From Octopus sinensis (lineage: Eukaryota), in contig NC_043002.1 in NCBI RefSeq assembly GCF_006345805.1, positions 70,184,001 through 70,248,000 on the forward strand: a stretch of DNA of 64,000 nucleotides, read 5' to 3'. The notes under the pieces were generated by a model. It was not told the DNA's origin. It worked only from the letters and a program-made list of their open reading frames with translations, and searched no databases. How positions within the stretch are numbered: the first letter of the stretch is position 1; every line of letters starts with the position of its first letter. Positions 1-11,725 of this stretch are shown here, one piece after another. Both the position numbers and the translations under genes were made by a program.

Positions 1-301
1 GAGTATAAGGAGTAGGAGAACCAGTAATTGGACGAGCCTGAGTGTGCATGAATTCATTGTTGAAGCTGTGGCTGCTTTTACTGTTGCTGCAGATGATGAC
101 GTTGATGTTGATGATGATGATGAATGATGATGATGATGATGATGATGAGTTGTCAGCAGAGGTGGGTGTTTAACATCAAATCAGTCTTGGGTCCTAAGTG
201 GAAACGCGTTCAAGCCATTAACACCTCGCTTTTTCTTCTTTTTTTTTCTTTTTTTTTTTAGCGAGTGTCTGTGCATGACGCCTATCAGTTCTGTCTTGTA
301 G

Positions 302-883
302 AAGGCGGCGAGCTGGCAGAAGAGTTAGCACGCCGGGCAAAATGCTTTGCGGTATTTCGTCTGCCGTTACGTTGTGAGTTCAAATTCCGCCGAGGTCGAC
401 TTTGCCTTTCATCCTTTCGGGGTCGATAAATTAAGCACCAGTTACGCACTGGGGTCGATGTAATCGACTTAATACCTATGTCTGTCCTTGTTTGTCCCCT
501 CTATGTTTAGCCCCTCGTGGGTAATAAAGAAATAGGTATTTCGACCGCCGCCGCGTTCCGAGTTCAAATTCCACCGAGGTCGACTTTGCCTTTCATCCTT
601 TCGGGGTCGATAAATTAAGCATCAGTAACGCACTGGAGTCGATGTAATCGACTTAATCCGTTCGTCTGTCCTTGTTTGTCCCCTCTGTGTTTAGCCTCTT
701 GTGGGTAATAAAGAAATAGGTATTACGTCTGTCTTTATGATCGTAGTCCAAATTCCGCCGAGATCGACTTTGCCTTTCACCCTTTTGGTGGCCATAAATG
801 AAGTACCAGTTACGCACTGGGGTCAATCTAATCGATGGCCTCCTCCCCCATAATTCGGGCTTTATGCCTAGAGTACAAAGAAT
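302..883 (+). mobile_element. tRNA-derived SINE family A, three-core concatemer
   Basis: Head GGCGGCGAGCTGGCAGAA (A-box-like) and GAGTTCAAATTCC (B box). The core GTCGACTTTGCCTTTCATCCTTTCGGGGTCGATAAATTAAG...CTGGGGTCGATGTAATCGAC repeats with a 184-bp period (GGTATT at 351, 535, 719). The last unit ends in a different tail (GCCTAGAGTACAAAGAATA). Confidence 0.9.
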
Positions 884-909
884 ATACTGATTATCAAAGG
901 ATGCGAGAT

Positions 910-1255
910 ATCAGAAACGTTAGCACACCGTGCGAAATGCTTAGCGGTATTTCGCATGCCCCTACGTTCTGAGTTCAAATTCCGCCGAGGTCGACTTTGC
1001 TTTTCATCCTTTCGGGGTCGATTAAATAAGTACAAGTTACGTACTGGGGTCGATATAATCGACTTAATCCGTTTGTGGGTAGTAAAGAAATTGGTATTTC
1101 GCCCATCGCTACGTTCCAAGTTTAAATCCGCCGAGGTCGACTTTTCCTTTCAACATTTCGTTAAATTAAGTACTTGTGAAATTCTGGGGTCGATGTAAAC
1201 GACTAGTCCCCTCCCACAAAACCACAGGCCTTGTGCCTATAATAGAAAGGATTAT
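910..1255 (+). mobile_element. SINE A, two-core copy
   Basis: Partial head, then a core, a shortened linker (AATCCGTTTGTGGGTAGTAAAGAAATTGGTATTTCG), a second core and the terminal tail GGCCTTGTGCCTATAATAGAAAGGATTAT. Confidence 0.85.
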
Positions 1256-1699
1256 ACATACACACTGTTGCTCGAAGGTGAGTCAGAAAGTACTGCAATT
1301 TCTATCTCCATTACTTTCTTATTCTCATATCATACATCCATTATATTTACACACACGCATGCGCACACTCACTTGCACGCATTAGCCACACGCCTAGAGA
1401 GTAGAGAACTTCTTACAGTACATAATGCAGATATTGTAATTTTGTTTGTTATATGAAAATAGTTTTCCATGACATTGAAGGCGATGTACGATTCGTGCCA
1501 GGTTTCAACGATGCCGGATAATCGGCAGTTAACTGGAATTCGAAGTTTTATTGCGGGTTGTCTATTTTTACTGGGTATTATATTTAGCTAGTTTGTGGTT
1601 GCTAGGATATATAAATCTCGATTTCTGAGGATTTAGGAAGTATAATCTCACTTTTTCTATTAAGTAAGTTGTCTGCATGTAATATTTTGATGCACTTCT

Positions 1700-2170
1700 T
1701 ATCTACAAAACAATGCTTTGATCTTTTGCCACATAAATAGCCGTCATGGGCAAAGAAGAAGTTAACATTATATCAACAACTGAGAAATGTTTGATAATTT
1801 TCAACGGGAATCTCTGATTCCAGAAAACGAGATTGTATGACTTCACCATATTGATGGGATTCTCTTTCTTAGCCTAGGTAACAAATTTAGTTGGATAATA
1901 CATGTTACAGCAGATAAAAGATGAATTCAATGAAAACCAGTAGAGGTTTGTACATAGATGATGTGTTATGGGGCTTTAACCCGTTAGTGTTAGAAATGTT
2001 TCGTAAGGGTTTGCAAAATCTCTTTAAAACGGTTAATCTTTCAACACCAAAGAATTTAATTTTCTAGTTGTAACATTAGACCTTCATAGATGCAAGCATT
2101 ACTCCTACCAAAAATTTAAAGAAAACTTACAATAATATTCATAAACATTCTAATCACCCAGGATCACTGC
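1700..2170 (+). pseudogene. Penelope-like retroelement reverse transcriptase remnant
   Basis: Manual translation across frameshifts gives GLYIDDVLW (YxDD catalytic motif, about 1945-1970), TLDLHRCKHYSYQKF and NIHKHSNHP, the last matching the PLE YIH..SNHP motif. Stops are present. Confidence 0.75.
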
Positions 2171-2193
2171 ATAATCTAGGAATATTTTAACAA

Positions 2194-2346
2194 GAGTGGC
2201 TGTGTGGTAAGTAGCTTGCTAATCAACTACAAGGTTCCGGGTCAGTCCCACCGCGTGGCACCTGGGCAAGTGTCTTCTACTATAGCCTCGGGCCGATCAA
2301 AGCTTTGTGATTGGATTTGGTAGACGGAAACTGAAAGAAGCCTGTC

Positions 2347-2427
<81 letters not shown>

Positions 2428-2682
2428 ATATATGTGTGTGTGTTGTGTGTGTGTGTGTGTGTGTGTGTTTGTATGTGTGTGTATGTTTGTGTGTCTGCGT
2501 TTGTACACCATCGATGGTGGTATGTTTACGTCCCCGTAACCTAGCGGTTCGGCAAAGGAGACCGATAGAATAAGTACTAGGCTTACAAGGAATAACTCCT
2601 GGGGTAGATTTGTTCGACTAAAGGCGGTGCTCCAGCATGGCTGCAGCCAAATGACTGAAACAAATGAAAGAATAAAAGAATA
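2194..2682 (+). mobile_element. tRNA-derived SINE family B (CORE-like box, internal (TA)n/(TG)n)
   Basis: Head GAGTGGCTGTGTGGTAAG...GGGTCAGTCCC, then GTGGCACCTGGGCAAGTG (resembles the MIR/CORE box), an internal microsatellite at about 2349-2490, and the tail GGCGGTGCTCCAGCATGG...AATGACTGAAAC. Confidence 0.9.
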
Positions 2683-2903
2683 GCATTTCTAAAATGTGTG
2701 TGTGTGTATATGTGTGTATATGTATGTGTATGTACGTTTGTGTGTGTGTGTGTGTGTGCGTGTGTGTGTGTGCGTGCGTGTGTGTGTGCGTGCGTGTGTG
2801 TGCGTGCGTGTGTGTGTGTAAAATGTATGGTTCTTAGTGAAGAAAACAGAAAACTTTAAGTGAAGAAAGTAATCAAAGTGAAAAATTTTTAATAAAATTT
2901 AAA

Positions 2904-2942
2904 TGTGACTTCGAAGTTTCGCCGTGCTTGGTTCATCAGACA
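2904..2942 (-). ncRNA. Minimal type I hammerhead ribozyme motif (PLE-associated)
   Basis: Minus strand: TGT-CTGATGA-A-CC-AAGCAC-GG-C-GAAA-C-TTCGAA-GTC-ACA. Intact CUGAUGA and GAAA core, GUC site, 3-bp stem I and palindromic stem III; stem II is weak. Confidence 0.65.
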
Positions 2943-3149
2943 GTAGTAAGTGTAGTGGATTTTACATTGATGTACTTGATTTGCCGGCGGATGAGAGTAA
3001 TAGTTATTATAGAACCAAAATGAGAAGAGGAATTTCTTTACGCCAAAGTTGGGGATTAATCAAAACAACAGGAGGAGGACCGAAAAAAAGAAGAAAAACG
3101 AACCAAATAAATAAATGAATAAATAAATAATGAATAGTAAAATGTTTAA

Positions 3150-3560
3150 GATGAATAGATTAAAAATAATGAAACTATAGGGATAATTTTTTTTTAAATG
3201 AAGATAATAAAAATTCTGATGAATAAATGAGAAAGAGGGAGGTGGTGGTGCAAAAAGAGTAACAGTAATACCAAATATGGAATTAGCATGGTTGTGAACA
3301 TTGTGTAAGTACTGTTGTGAGTGGTGGGTTTTGTATTTCGTGTCTAAATGATATTTTATTGATTTGCCTGTTAATATCAAGGTCATTAAATGATTTTTTT
3401 AGGTTTCTAAAGGGTCATGTGGTGTGGTTTGTGTTGGGAAGGGAGACAACTGATCAATGGTTAACGATTATATTAAATTTTGGGTTGGTAGGAGATAGAT
3501 TTTAGTTTTATCGTTTTAGTATCTGCAGTTCAATTTTTAATCAATAGTTTTCAATTCTGA
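3150..3560 (-). mobile_element. Possible decayed PLE ORF fragment upstream of the hammerhead
   Basis: Minus-strand translation PFRNLKKSFNDLDINRQINKISFRHE loosely resembles the PLE RT thumb region, and its orientation matches the hammerhead at 2904. Confidence 0.3.
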
Positions 3561-4415
3561 ATCAGTAGGTTTAGGTAAAATTAAGGGTTAGCATTAGCTT
3601 TAATATTAATGTTAAATGTTAATGGTATATAGCTCGATCGTTATGAATAATTATACGTGTGAGTTTATGAAGTACTAAAGAATGAACAGTGAAGTGTTTT
3701 TGACGAACTAATATTTTTGTTTTATGTTTTATGTTTGTCTTGCTTTAGTCATTTGACTGCGGCCATGATGGCACATAAATTCAACATGCCAAGCAGCAGA
3801 ATGAGTATGTGTGTGAATACTTTTTGGTGAAAGCGGAGGGCATTACTTGGAGACGCAGCACGCTGCCTGTTTCTCGAATTAAATCTGCGAACTTATGATA
3901 GCCAAACACTCTAACTATAAACTACGTACACTGAGAAACTGCAACTTTTCGAATTGTATCTCTGTGTCTCAGGGTTACGATTGCCGAAACGCTTATTGAA
4001 ACGTAGTAGTGCTACAATAATTACTTTTATAGTCTGTAGCGCTGATTCTAATCATCAATTGTATGTTCACACGGAAACATACAACGCCTAGTTTTCATTC
4101 AAGAAGCTTCAGCATCAAACACGCGCGCGCACACACATACACACATACACATTATAATCTATGTGCTGAGTACTTTTCTCATTTGTAAACAAGCTTTCAC
4201 CACGTCATATACATATATACTCAATAACACTTGAGTTTGAAAAGCTGTAGAAAGTGAAAGCGCTTAACAGAAAAAGAAAACTTACATTCCCAAAATATTT
4301 GCGTTTTAAGATTTTTTTTATATATAATTGATAACTTTTAATTTAAGAAAATCTCTCTTCAAATATTGTGAATGTATCAAGAATTCTTTGCAAAACATTC
4401 TTTGAAATATATACA

Positions 4416-4537
<122 letters not shown>

Positions 4538-4625
4538 GTGTGTATGTATGTATGTGTGTATGTATGTATGTATGTGTGGTGTGTGTGTGTGCATGTATAT
4601 ATACTTATATATTTCTGTATATTAT

Positions 4626-4657
<32 letters not shown>

Positions 4658-4672
4658 ATATATATATATATA

Positions 4673-4714
<42 letters not shown>

Positions 4715-5053
4715 TACATACATGCATGTATATTTATATGTATATCTAATGATATCAGCGCAGCAGAAAATAAAGAGGAAGGCAAGTTTGTGTATGCATA
4801 TATATATATATAAACTTGAAAGTGATTTAGCGTGCAAGAACGAGTGTCTGCATGTGTATATGAATGCGTATATGTTCATGTTGATACACGTCTGTGCGTG
4901 TGTTTGTGTGGGAATGTGTGACTGCATGTGTTTGCGAGTTGTGAAATGAAGCTAGATTAATGAGAGAAAACAAGAGATGAAAGTGATTGTGTGAGTGTGT
5001 GTGAATGTGTGTGTGTTTGTGTGTGTGCGAGAGAGAGAATTAGAGGCAAGAGA

Positions 5054-5080
<27 letters not shown>

Positions 5081-5091
<11 letters not shown>

Positions 5092-5144
5092 AAGGGAGAA
5101 ATTTAGAAAGCGAGAGCAGGTAGATAAAGAGTGGGAAGATGAAG

Positions 5145-5188
<44 letters not shown>

Positions 5189-5264
5189 GAGGGAGGCGTT
5201 AGAGGGAGAGAAAGGGAGAAATTTAGAAAGTGAGAGCAGTTATGTAAAGAGGGGGAAGATGAAG

Positions 5265-5280
<16 letters not shown>
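5081..5280. repeat. 120-bp-period GA-rich tandem duplication
   Basis: AGAGGGAGAGAAAGGGAGAAATTTAGAAAG...GAAGATGAAGATCAGA occurs at 5081 and 5201 with a few substitutions. Confidence 0.9.
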
Positions 5281-5299
<19 letters not shown>

Positions 5300-5559
5300 G
5301 GAAGTCGAAAAGGAGATGTAGAAATGTGGAGGAGAAGTTTGTGCCTGCAAGAGGTCTTGGATTTTAGTTCATTTGAAGAATTATGGAAATACCATTCTGA
5401 CTTCTGCATTTGATCATTGGTAAGATGAAATAAAAGAAGAAAAGTAACAAAACAACAGAGGAAGATATATCTCCGACTTTGGCTCCAAGACTGCCTATCT
5501 TCCAAATATCTTTCTTTTGATTTTGGTTTGAATACTTACAGAGAAATTGGAGTGGATAG

Positions 5560-5980
5560 TAACGACGACGACGATGATGAGGATTGCCATAGTGCTGGTG
5601 GTAATAAAGATGATCATGATGATGATGATGATGATGATGCTGATGCTGTAGACTTGCGGTTAATGACTACGATTATGGGATGCACGATGATGTTGAGAGT
5701 GAAGGCGATGACGATGATGATGATGGTGGTGGTGCTGGTGGTGGCGGTGGTGGCAGTGATGATGGTGATGATGATGGTGTTGCTGTTGTTTTTGTTAGTG
5801 ATGGTAGCGGTGATGATGGTGATGATGATGATGATGTTGCTGACTAAGATGCTGGTAATGACTGTGATGGTGAGAGAGGTGACAATAATTATGAAGTGGT
5901 AGCGATGATGATAATGAATACGATGATGATGATGTTGGTAGTGTTTATGATAAGGAAGGTGATGGTACTGGCTATTATAA

Positions 5981-6075
<95 letters not shown>

Positions 6076-6080
6076 TGTAG
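5560..6080. repeat. Compound trinucleotide repeats (GAT/GGT, ATT, AGT)
   Basis: Direct reading; these runs explain the poly-M/D/I/S ORFs in the track. Confidence 0.95.
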
Positions 6081-6083
6081 TAT

Positions 6084-6210
6084 TAAGGCGGTGAGCTGGC
6101 AGAATCGTTTGCATGTTCAAATACTGCCGAGGTCGTCTTTGCCCTTCGTCCTTTCGCGGGCGATGAAATAAGTACCAGTTAAACACTGGGGTCGATGTAA
6201 TCGACTAGTC
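6084..6210 (+). mobile_element. SINE A, internally deleted copy
   Basis: AAGGCGGTGAGCTGGCAGAATCG...GTTCAAATACTGCCGAGGTCG...CTGGGGTCGATGTAATCGAC. Confidence 0.8.
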
Positions 6211-6307
6211 GCTACTCTGCACCACCACCACCACCACCACCACCACCACCACCACCACCACCACAACCACCACCACCAAGACCACAACCACCGAGACCAG
6301 GATTAAT

Positions 6308-6532
6308 GTTAGTTTCAAATTTTGGCACAAGGCCAGCAATTTCATGGGGTGGGGGGAGTTAAGTCGATGATATCAGCCCCAGTGCTCAACTGGTACTTAT
6401 GTTATCGACCACAAAATGATGAAAGTCAAAGTCGACCTGGTTGGAATTTGAACTCAGAACGTAAAGACGGACGAAATGCCGCTAAGCATTTCTCTCCGTC
6501 ATGTTAACGACTCTGCCAGTTCGCCGTCTTAA
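6308..6532 (-). mobile_element. SINE A copy
   Basis: Reverse complement of head, core and terminal tail (AATTTGAACTCAGAACG; GCCAGTTCGCCGTCTT). Confidence 0.8.
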
Positions 6533-6909
6533 CAACAATAGAAATATGAGGAACAACAAGAGCAACAACAATAGAATAATCATAATGGTTTCTGATTTTA
6601 GTACGAAGTCAACAATTTTGAGGAGAGGAGTAGTCAATACCATTGACCCTGGTAATTGATTGGCACGTTATTTTATTGATCTCGATGCAGTTTGACCTCA
6701 GAGTCGAAAGAAATACCGTAATGCATTTTGTTCGACACTCTAATAATTCCGAAGCTATTTGATGAAGCTAAGGAGCAGTTAAATGGGGAGGTAGCCACTA
6801 ACCAAGTTTAGGCACTTCTCTCGTTCGTACAAGTGTTTAATGATTGAATTATATTCGTAATTTGCATGCAGTTTGCTTGAGATTTTCCTCATCTCCAGTT
6901 TTCAGAAGC

Positions 6910-7270
6910 TCAATATTCTTTTCTACTCTATGCACAAGGCCCGAAATTTTTTGGGAAGGGACCAGTCGATTAGATCGATCCCAGTGCGCAACTGGTACTT
7001 AATTTATCGACCCCGAAAGGATGACAGGCAAATTCACCCAGCTATGTTAATATTCTTTTCTACTCTAGGCACAAGGCCCGAATTTTTTGCGGAGTGGTCC
7101 AGTCGATTAAATCGACCCCAGTACGTAACTGTTACTTAATTTATCGACCCCGAAAGGATGAACGGCAAAGTCTACCTCGGCGGAATTTGAACTCAGGACG
7201 TAAAGACAAACGAAATGTCGCTAAACATTTCGCCCGGCGTACTAACGTTTCTGCCAGCTCACCGCCTTTC
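6910..7270 (-). mobile_element. SINE A: full copy (7048-7270) plus a tandem 5'-truncated copy (6910-7040)
   Basis: The tail AATATTCTTTTCTACTCTA.GCACAAGGCCCGAA occurs twice; the head is present only at 7270. Confidence 0.85.
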
Positions 7271-8429
7271 AGAAACTCAATATTGACAGAGCTTGGTTCT
7301 TCAAGTTGAGGGCAGAATGCGAAAGAAAAATTTCGGACGAAACTGGCCAAACCATAATTAGTATATCCGGACACTTGAAACTAAATTTCTGTAGAACTTA
7401 ATTTCTTGATGCTTCCATGCCTGAAAATACCCTTTTGAATCGGTAGACAATGCAGTGACTGATATGGGTTTAATCTAAATTCATTTAAAGAGTAAAATTG
7501 ATACGAATTTATCCACTGTCCTACAAAGTAACCTGCAAAAAAAGAAAAAGACATTAGAATGTAAAAAATAATACTTATTTTACAAGGATTGAAAAATACT
7601 CTCAAAATTATCGTAACAAAAATGCGTCAGGACTTTCACTCTCACTCTCCAATCAAATAGTCCTACATGTGCATTGCCCTAAAAAGTAATAACAAAACCA
7701 GTGTTATGGTCCTTCCCGAATTACCTTTCATCATAGGACTACTCATTCAAGGATGACATGGTGCTAAGCAACACATGATCAACGACAACGGCGACACCAA
7801 AAAACAATATCAACTTCAAAAACAATCGTAACGACTTCATCATTAACCACAACCACAACATCAACAAGCACAGCAAAAGTAACACTAAGCAAGCAACACA
7901 AATAACAACTTCTAAAAGAAACGAACTCCCACAACAATAATATAATTCGAACAGCAAAACAACATTAACTTATATAACAACAAAAACAAAGAAACAAAAA
8001 AAAAACCCCACTTCAATCACTGTAAAACAATACTAAACTACAGCAAGTACGACAACACCAACAGCAAGAATTGTAAAAGGCAAGTTCAGCAAATATCGTA
8101 ACAAACATATGAAAGACACCAAACATGCAAAGACAGCGCTAACGACAATAACAATATCGAAAATAGGACGACTAGAATAAGAATACACAGAATAACAACC
8201 GACCGCTGCCGCCACACACTACTAGCCACACCGCACCACGCCACCGCCACACTGCACACACCACGCAATCACACAACAACACAACAACTACAATAGCAAT
8301 ATCGAACAAAAATCAAAAGCAATATTTACAACATTCAGTCCGCAACATTAACAAGAAAACCAACCGCAACATCAAAAGCGACTGCGTCTTAATTATAAAC
8401 AACATTAACGAAATCAACGTTGCAGTGGT

Positions 8430-8472
8430 CGTCGTCGTCGTCGTTGTCATCACGACGATGATGGTGAGAAGA

Positions 8473-8519
<47 letters not shown>

Positions 8520-8950
8520 GAGGAGGATGCTGATGATGGCGATGGGAATGGGGACGTTGGTAGGGTTGGGAGTGTCGATCATGATTGGGATGTTAATGTT
8601 AACAGTGATCATTCTCAACAGAAACATTGTCATCACCATCACCATCACCATCACCATCACCACCACCGCCTCCATTGCCATAATCACTCCTCCTCCACCT
8701 TCACCTCTACCTCCTCTTCGACATTATCATCATTATCATCCTCATGAACAGCACTATCGCTACACTTATCACAACTACTAGCACCCCCTTCGCCAAATCC
8801 CACCACCACGACCACCAACACCGCCACCATTATCACTGTTATCATCAACACCATCTTCACCCCCACAATCATTATTATCACTATCAGATCCCACCCTCCT
8901 CCCCCTCCTCCTCCCCTCCTCCTCATCATCATCATCATCATCATCATAAA
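8430..8950. repeat. Trinucleotide low-complexity block (GTC/GAT/CAC/CAT/CCT)
   Basis: Direct reading. Confidence 0.9.
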
Positions 8951-9089
8951 GTTTGTTGAAGAAAAAATCATAAAAAAATTTTTTTGCCAACAAAACAATC
9001 TTAAATTTTCATTCAAAAATTTTTGTTTAAATTACTTCACGACATTTTTTTCATTCCTTTTCTTATGTTGCTGATTAAATTAAAACTAG

Positions 9090-9121
9090 TACCGTGTGTA
9101 TGTGTGTGTGTGTGTGTGTGT

Positions 9122-9155
<34 letters not shown>

Positions 9156-9873
9156 GCATATGTCTGCGTATTGGTGTGCACGTACGTCAGTATGTCTGTG
9201 TGTGTGTGTGTGTATATGTGTGTGTTTATCTTCGTCGAAGTTTATTTGTGTATGGATAAGTGTGTATTTGTGTAAGAGTCTTTGCTTTTCTCTACGTGTA
9301 TGGTTCTTTCTCTCTGTGTTTATGTGTATGTGTGTCTTTGAGTCTGTGTGCTTGTATCATTGTTAATGTGCACCAGGGTGTGTGATTCATTGTGTCTTTA
9401 TTTGTGTGTGCGTTTATGTCTATGTGTGGTGATACGTGTATGTGTCGGATCATATGTAGGGGAGGAATTATGGTTAGCATGTATATACATGTTTGTGTGT
9501 GTGTGTGTGTATGTGTGTGTGTGTGTGTGTGTGTGTACATCGACATACGCATATGTGATAAGACATTCAAGTTTGTATGTGGATGTATGTATGTACGAGT
9601 GACTGCGTATATTTATGCGTGGGAGTGTGTACCTGCCTATGTGCGTATGAGTGTGAATGTGATAGCACAAATATGTAAGTGTACTTCTGTGCTTTTTTTA
9701 TCTAATCATGTGTATAAGAGTGTGTGTGTGTGATTCTATGTGTGTTCGCTAGTATTTGTATGTGTGTGTGATTGCGTGTGTGATTGTATATGCGTATGAG
9801 TGATTGTATGTGTGTGTTTGAGTGTGTGATCGTGTGTGTGTTTGCGTTCGTGATTGTAAATTGTGTGTGATTG

Positions 9874-9904
<31 letters not shown>

Positions 9905-10205
9905 ATGAGCACATAAGTGTGTCTACCTTTGTGTGTATGCGTATGTGCACGTGTTCGCGTAGAAGTGTATGTGTGAATGAGTTTATATGTATGAGTGTAT
10001 TCACCCAGGTGTGCGAGTGTGCGGGTTTGTGCGTCTGTATGAGTTGTGATTTTATTTGTGTGTGTGTGTGTGTGTGTGTGTTCGTGATGAGTGCTTGTGT
10101 ATACACTCATGCAAACATAAACACACACTAACAAATGCACACTGTCACTAATACGCACATGCACACAAACACAGAAAGTGTGTGTGTGTGTGTGTGTGTG
10201 TGTGA
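9090..10205. repeat. Degenerate (TG)n-derived low-complexity region
   Basis: About 1.1 kb of interrupted TG/TA repeats. Confidence 0.9.
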
Positions 10206-10724
10206 TTGCCAGTGTACTGTCTGAATATGCATTTAAAAAGGTGCTGTGCGTACGTATAAATTTCACCTCTAAGGCTGTGGCCATGCTGGGACACCACTAA
10301 TGAACATGTGAGTAAAGATGCGTTAGTCTTTATATTTAGCCTTAGCCCTGGGTCAGCTCTGAGTGAGTAGATCTATGATCTCAGTCGTTCCAATCATGAC
10401 CATTCTGCCTTTTTATGACTGTCCTACATCGTGCAGCGTGTCATTCCTTTATTTAAGAAAATATGATCTGAGGGAGATTCGACTGCTAATTCTTGAAGGT
10501 CAATCACAAAGCATATTTACACGTTTCTATGTGTTAACAATAAACAAGATGGGGACAAATTTCGTCGAATGTAAGTAATGTAAATAAGGTACGTATCTGT
10601 GTTTGCTTGTCTTTCTATACATGCTTGTCTCTCTGTACATGGTACTCGGATTAAACATGATGAATTTAAAGTCTTCTTTCCTCAGGAGCAGCTTGATGTA
10701 TTGGTAAATAGTCAACGGTGTTGG

Positions 10725-11390
10725 AGAGCATAGAGATTAAAGTTGCTGTTGAGAAAAAGTTAGCTGCCATGACTGGAAACCATATGAATATTAGAAAAGA
10801 GCTAACTGTATCATGATGATGTGTGCCGTGTTTCAAGATGCTGACACTATGGCAGCTGCTCAATGCTTTGCGGATTGTAAAGGATGAAAGACGTGACATG
10901 GAGAACAGCAATAGAGGGAACCAATCCATGGCCAGCAGAAAGGGACACATCAGGCGTTCTGACTGCATCTGAAAACTGGAATTCATCCAACAACTGCAAG
11001 ACAAGATGATGGAAAAACCGAGTAATCCCGTATTTGACGAGAGAGATGAATGTTGAAGTCGCGGATTGTAAAGGATGAAAGACGTGACATAGAGAGCTGC
11101 AACAGAGGGAACCAATCCATGGCCAGCAGAAAGGGACACAGCAGGCGTTCTGACTGCATCTGAACGCTGGAATTCATCCAACAACTGCAAGACAAGATGA
11201 TGGAAGAACCGAGTAATCCGGGATTTGGCGAGAGAGATGAATGTTGAAGTCGCCACCTTGAAGCTGGTTCTGAATTAGAACCTTCGCTACCACTCGTACA
11301 AGAAGCGTAATGAGCAAGTTCTGACACACAAGGCCAAGGAGAACCGCTTGATGAAAGCAAAGAAGCTGCCAAACAAGCTGTGGCATCTTG
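10725..11390 (+). pseudogene. Tc1/mariner-superfamily (maT/DD37D-like) transposase N-terminal remnant with internal 191-bp duplication
   Basis: Translation across frameshifts and stops: RKGHSRRSDCI*TLEFIQQLQDKMMEEPS / IRDLAREMNVEVATLKLVLN*NLRYHSYKKRNEQVLTHKAKENRLMKAKKL, an HTH plus linker typical of mariner-like transposases. Confidence 0.7.
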
Positions 11391-11537
11391 TTAAGCGGAG
11401 AATGACAATCGCAATTTGCAGTATGACATTAACAGGACCTTTCTGACTGGCAAAAATTAGTAAAAAACAAAAAATAAAAATAAAAATAAATAAAATCCTT
11501 ACATGCTTGTAACTTGTTATTAATTTATACATCCACC

Positions 11538-11604
<67 letters not shown>

Positions 11605-11725
11605 TAATAATAATGATGATGATGATGATGATGATGATAATAATAATAATAATAATAATATAATAATAATAATAATAATAATATAATAATAATAATAATA
11701 ATAGCAATAATGATGATGATAAAAT
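11538..11725. repeat. (AAT)n/(GAT)n microsatellite
   Basis: Direct reading. Confidence 0.97.

Noticed and set aside
302-883. Regularly spaced repeats resembling a CRISPR array (also 52.4-53.2 kb)
   Set aside because: The units are about 184-bp SINE segments with no unique spacers, no cas genes, and a eukaryotic context.
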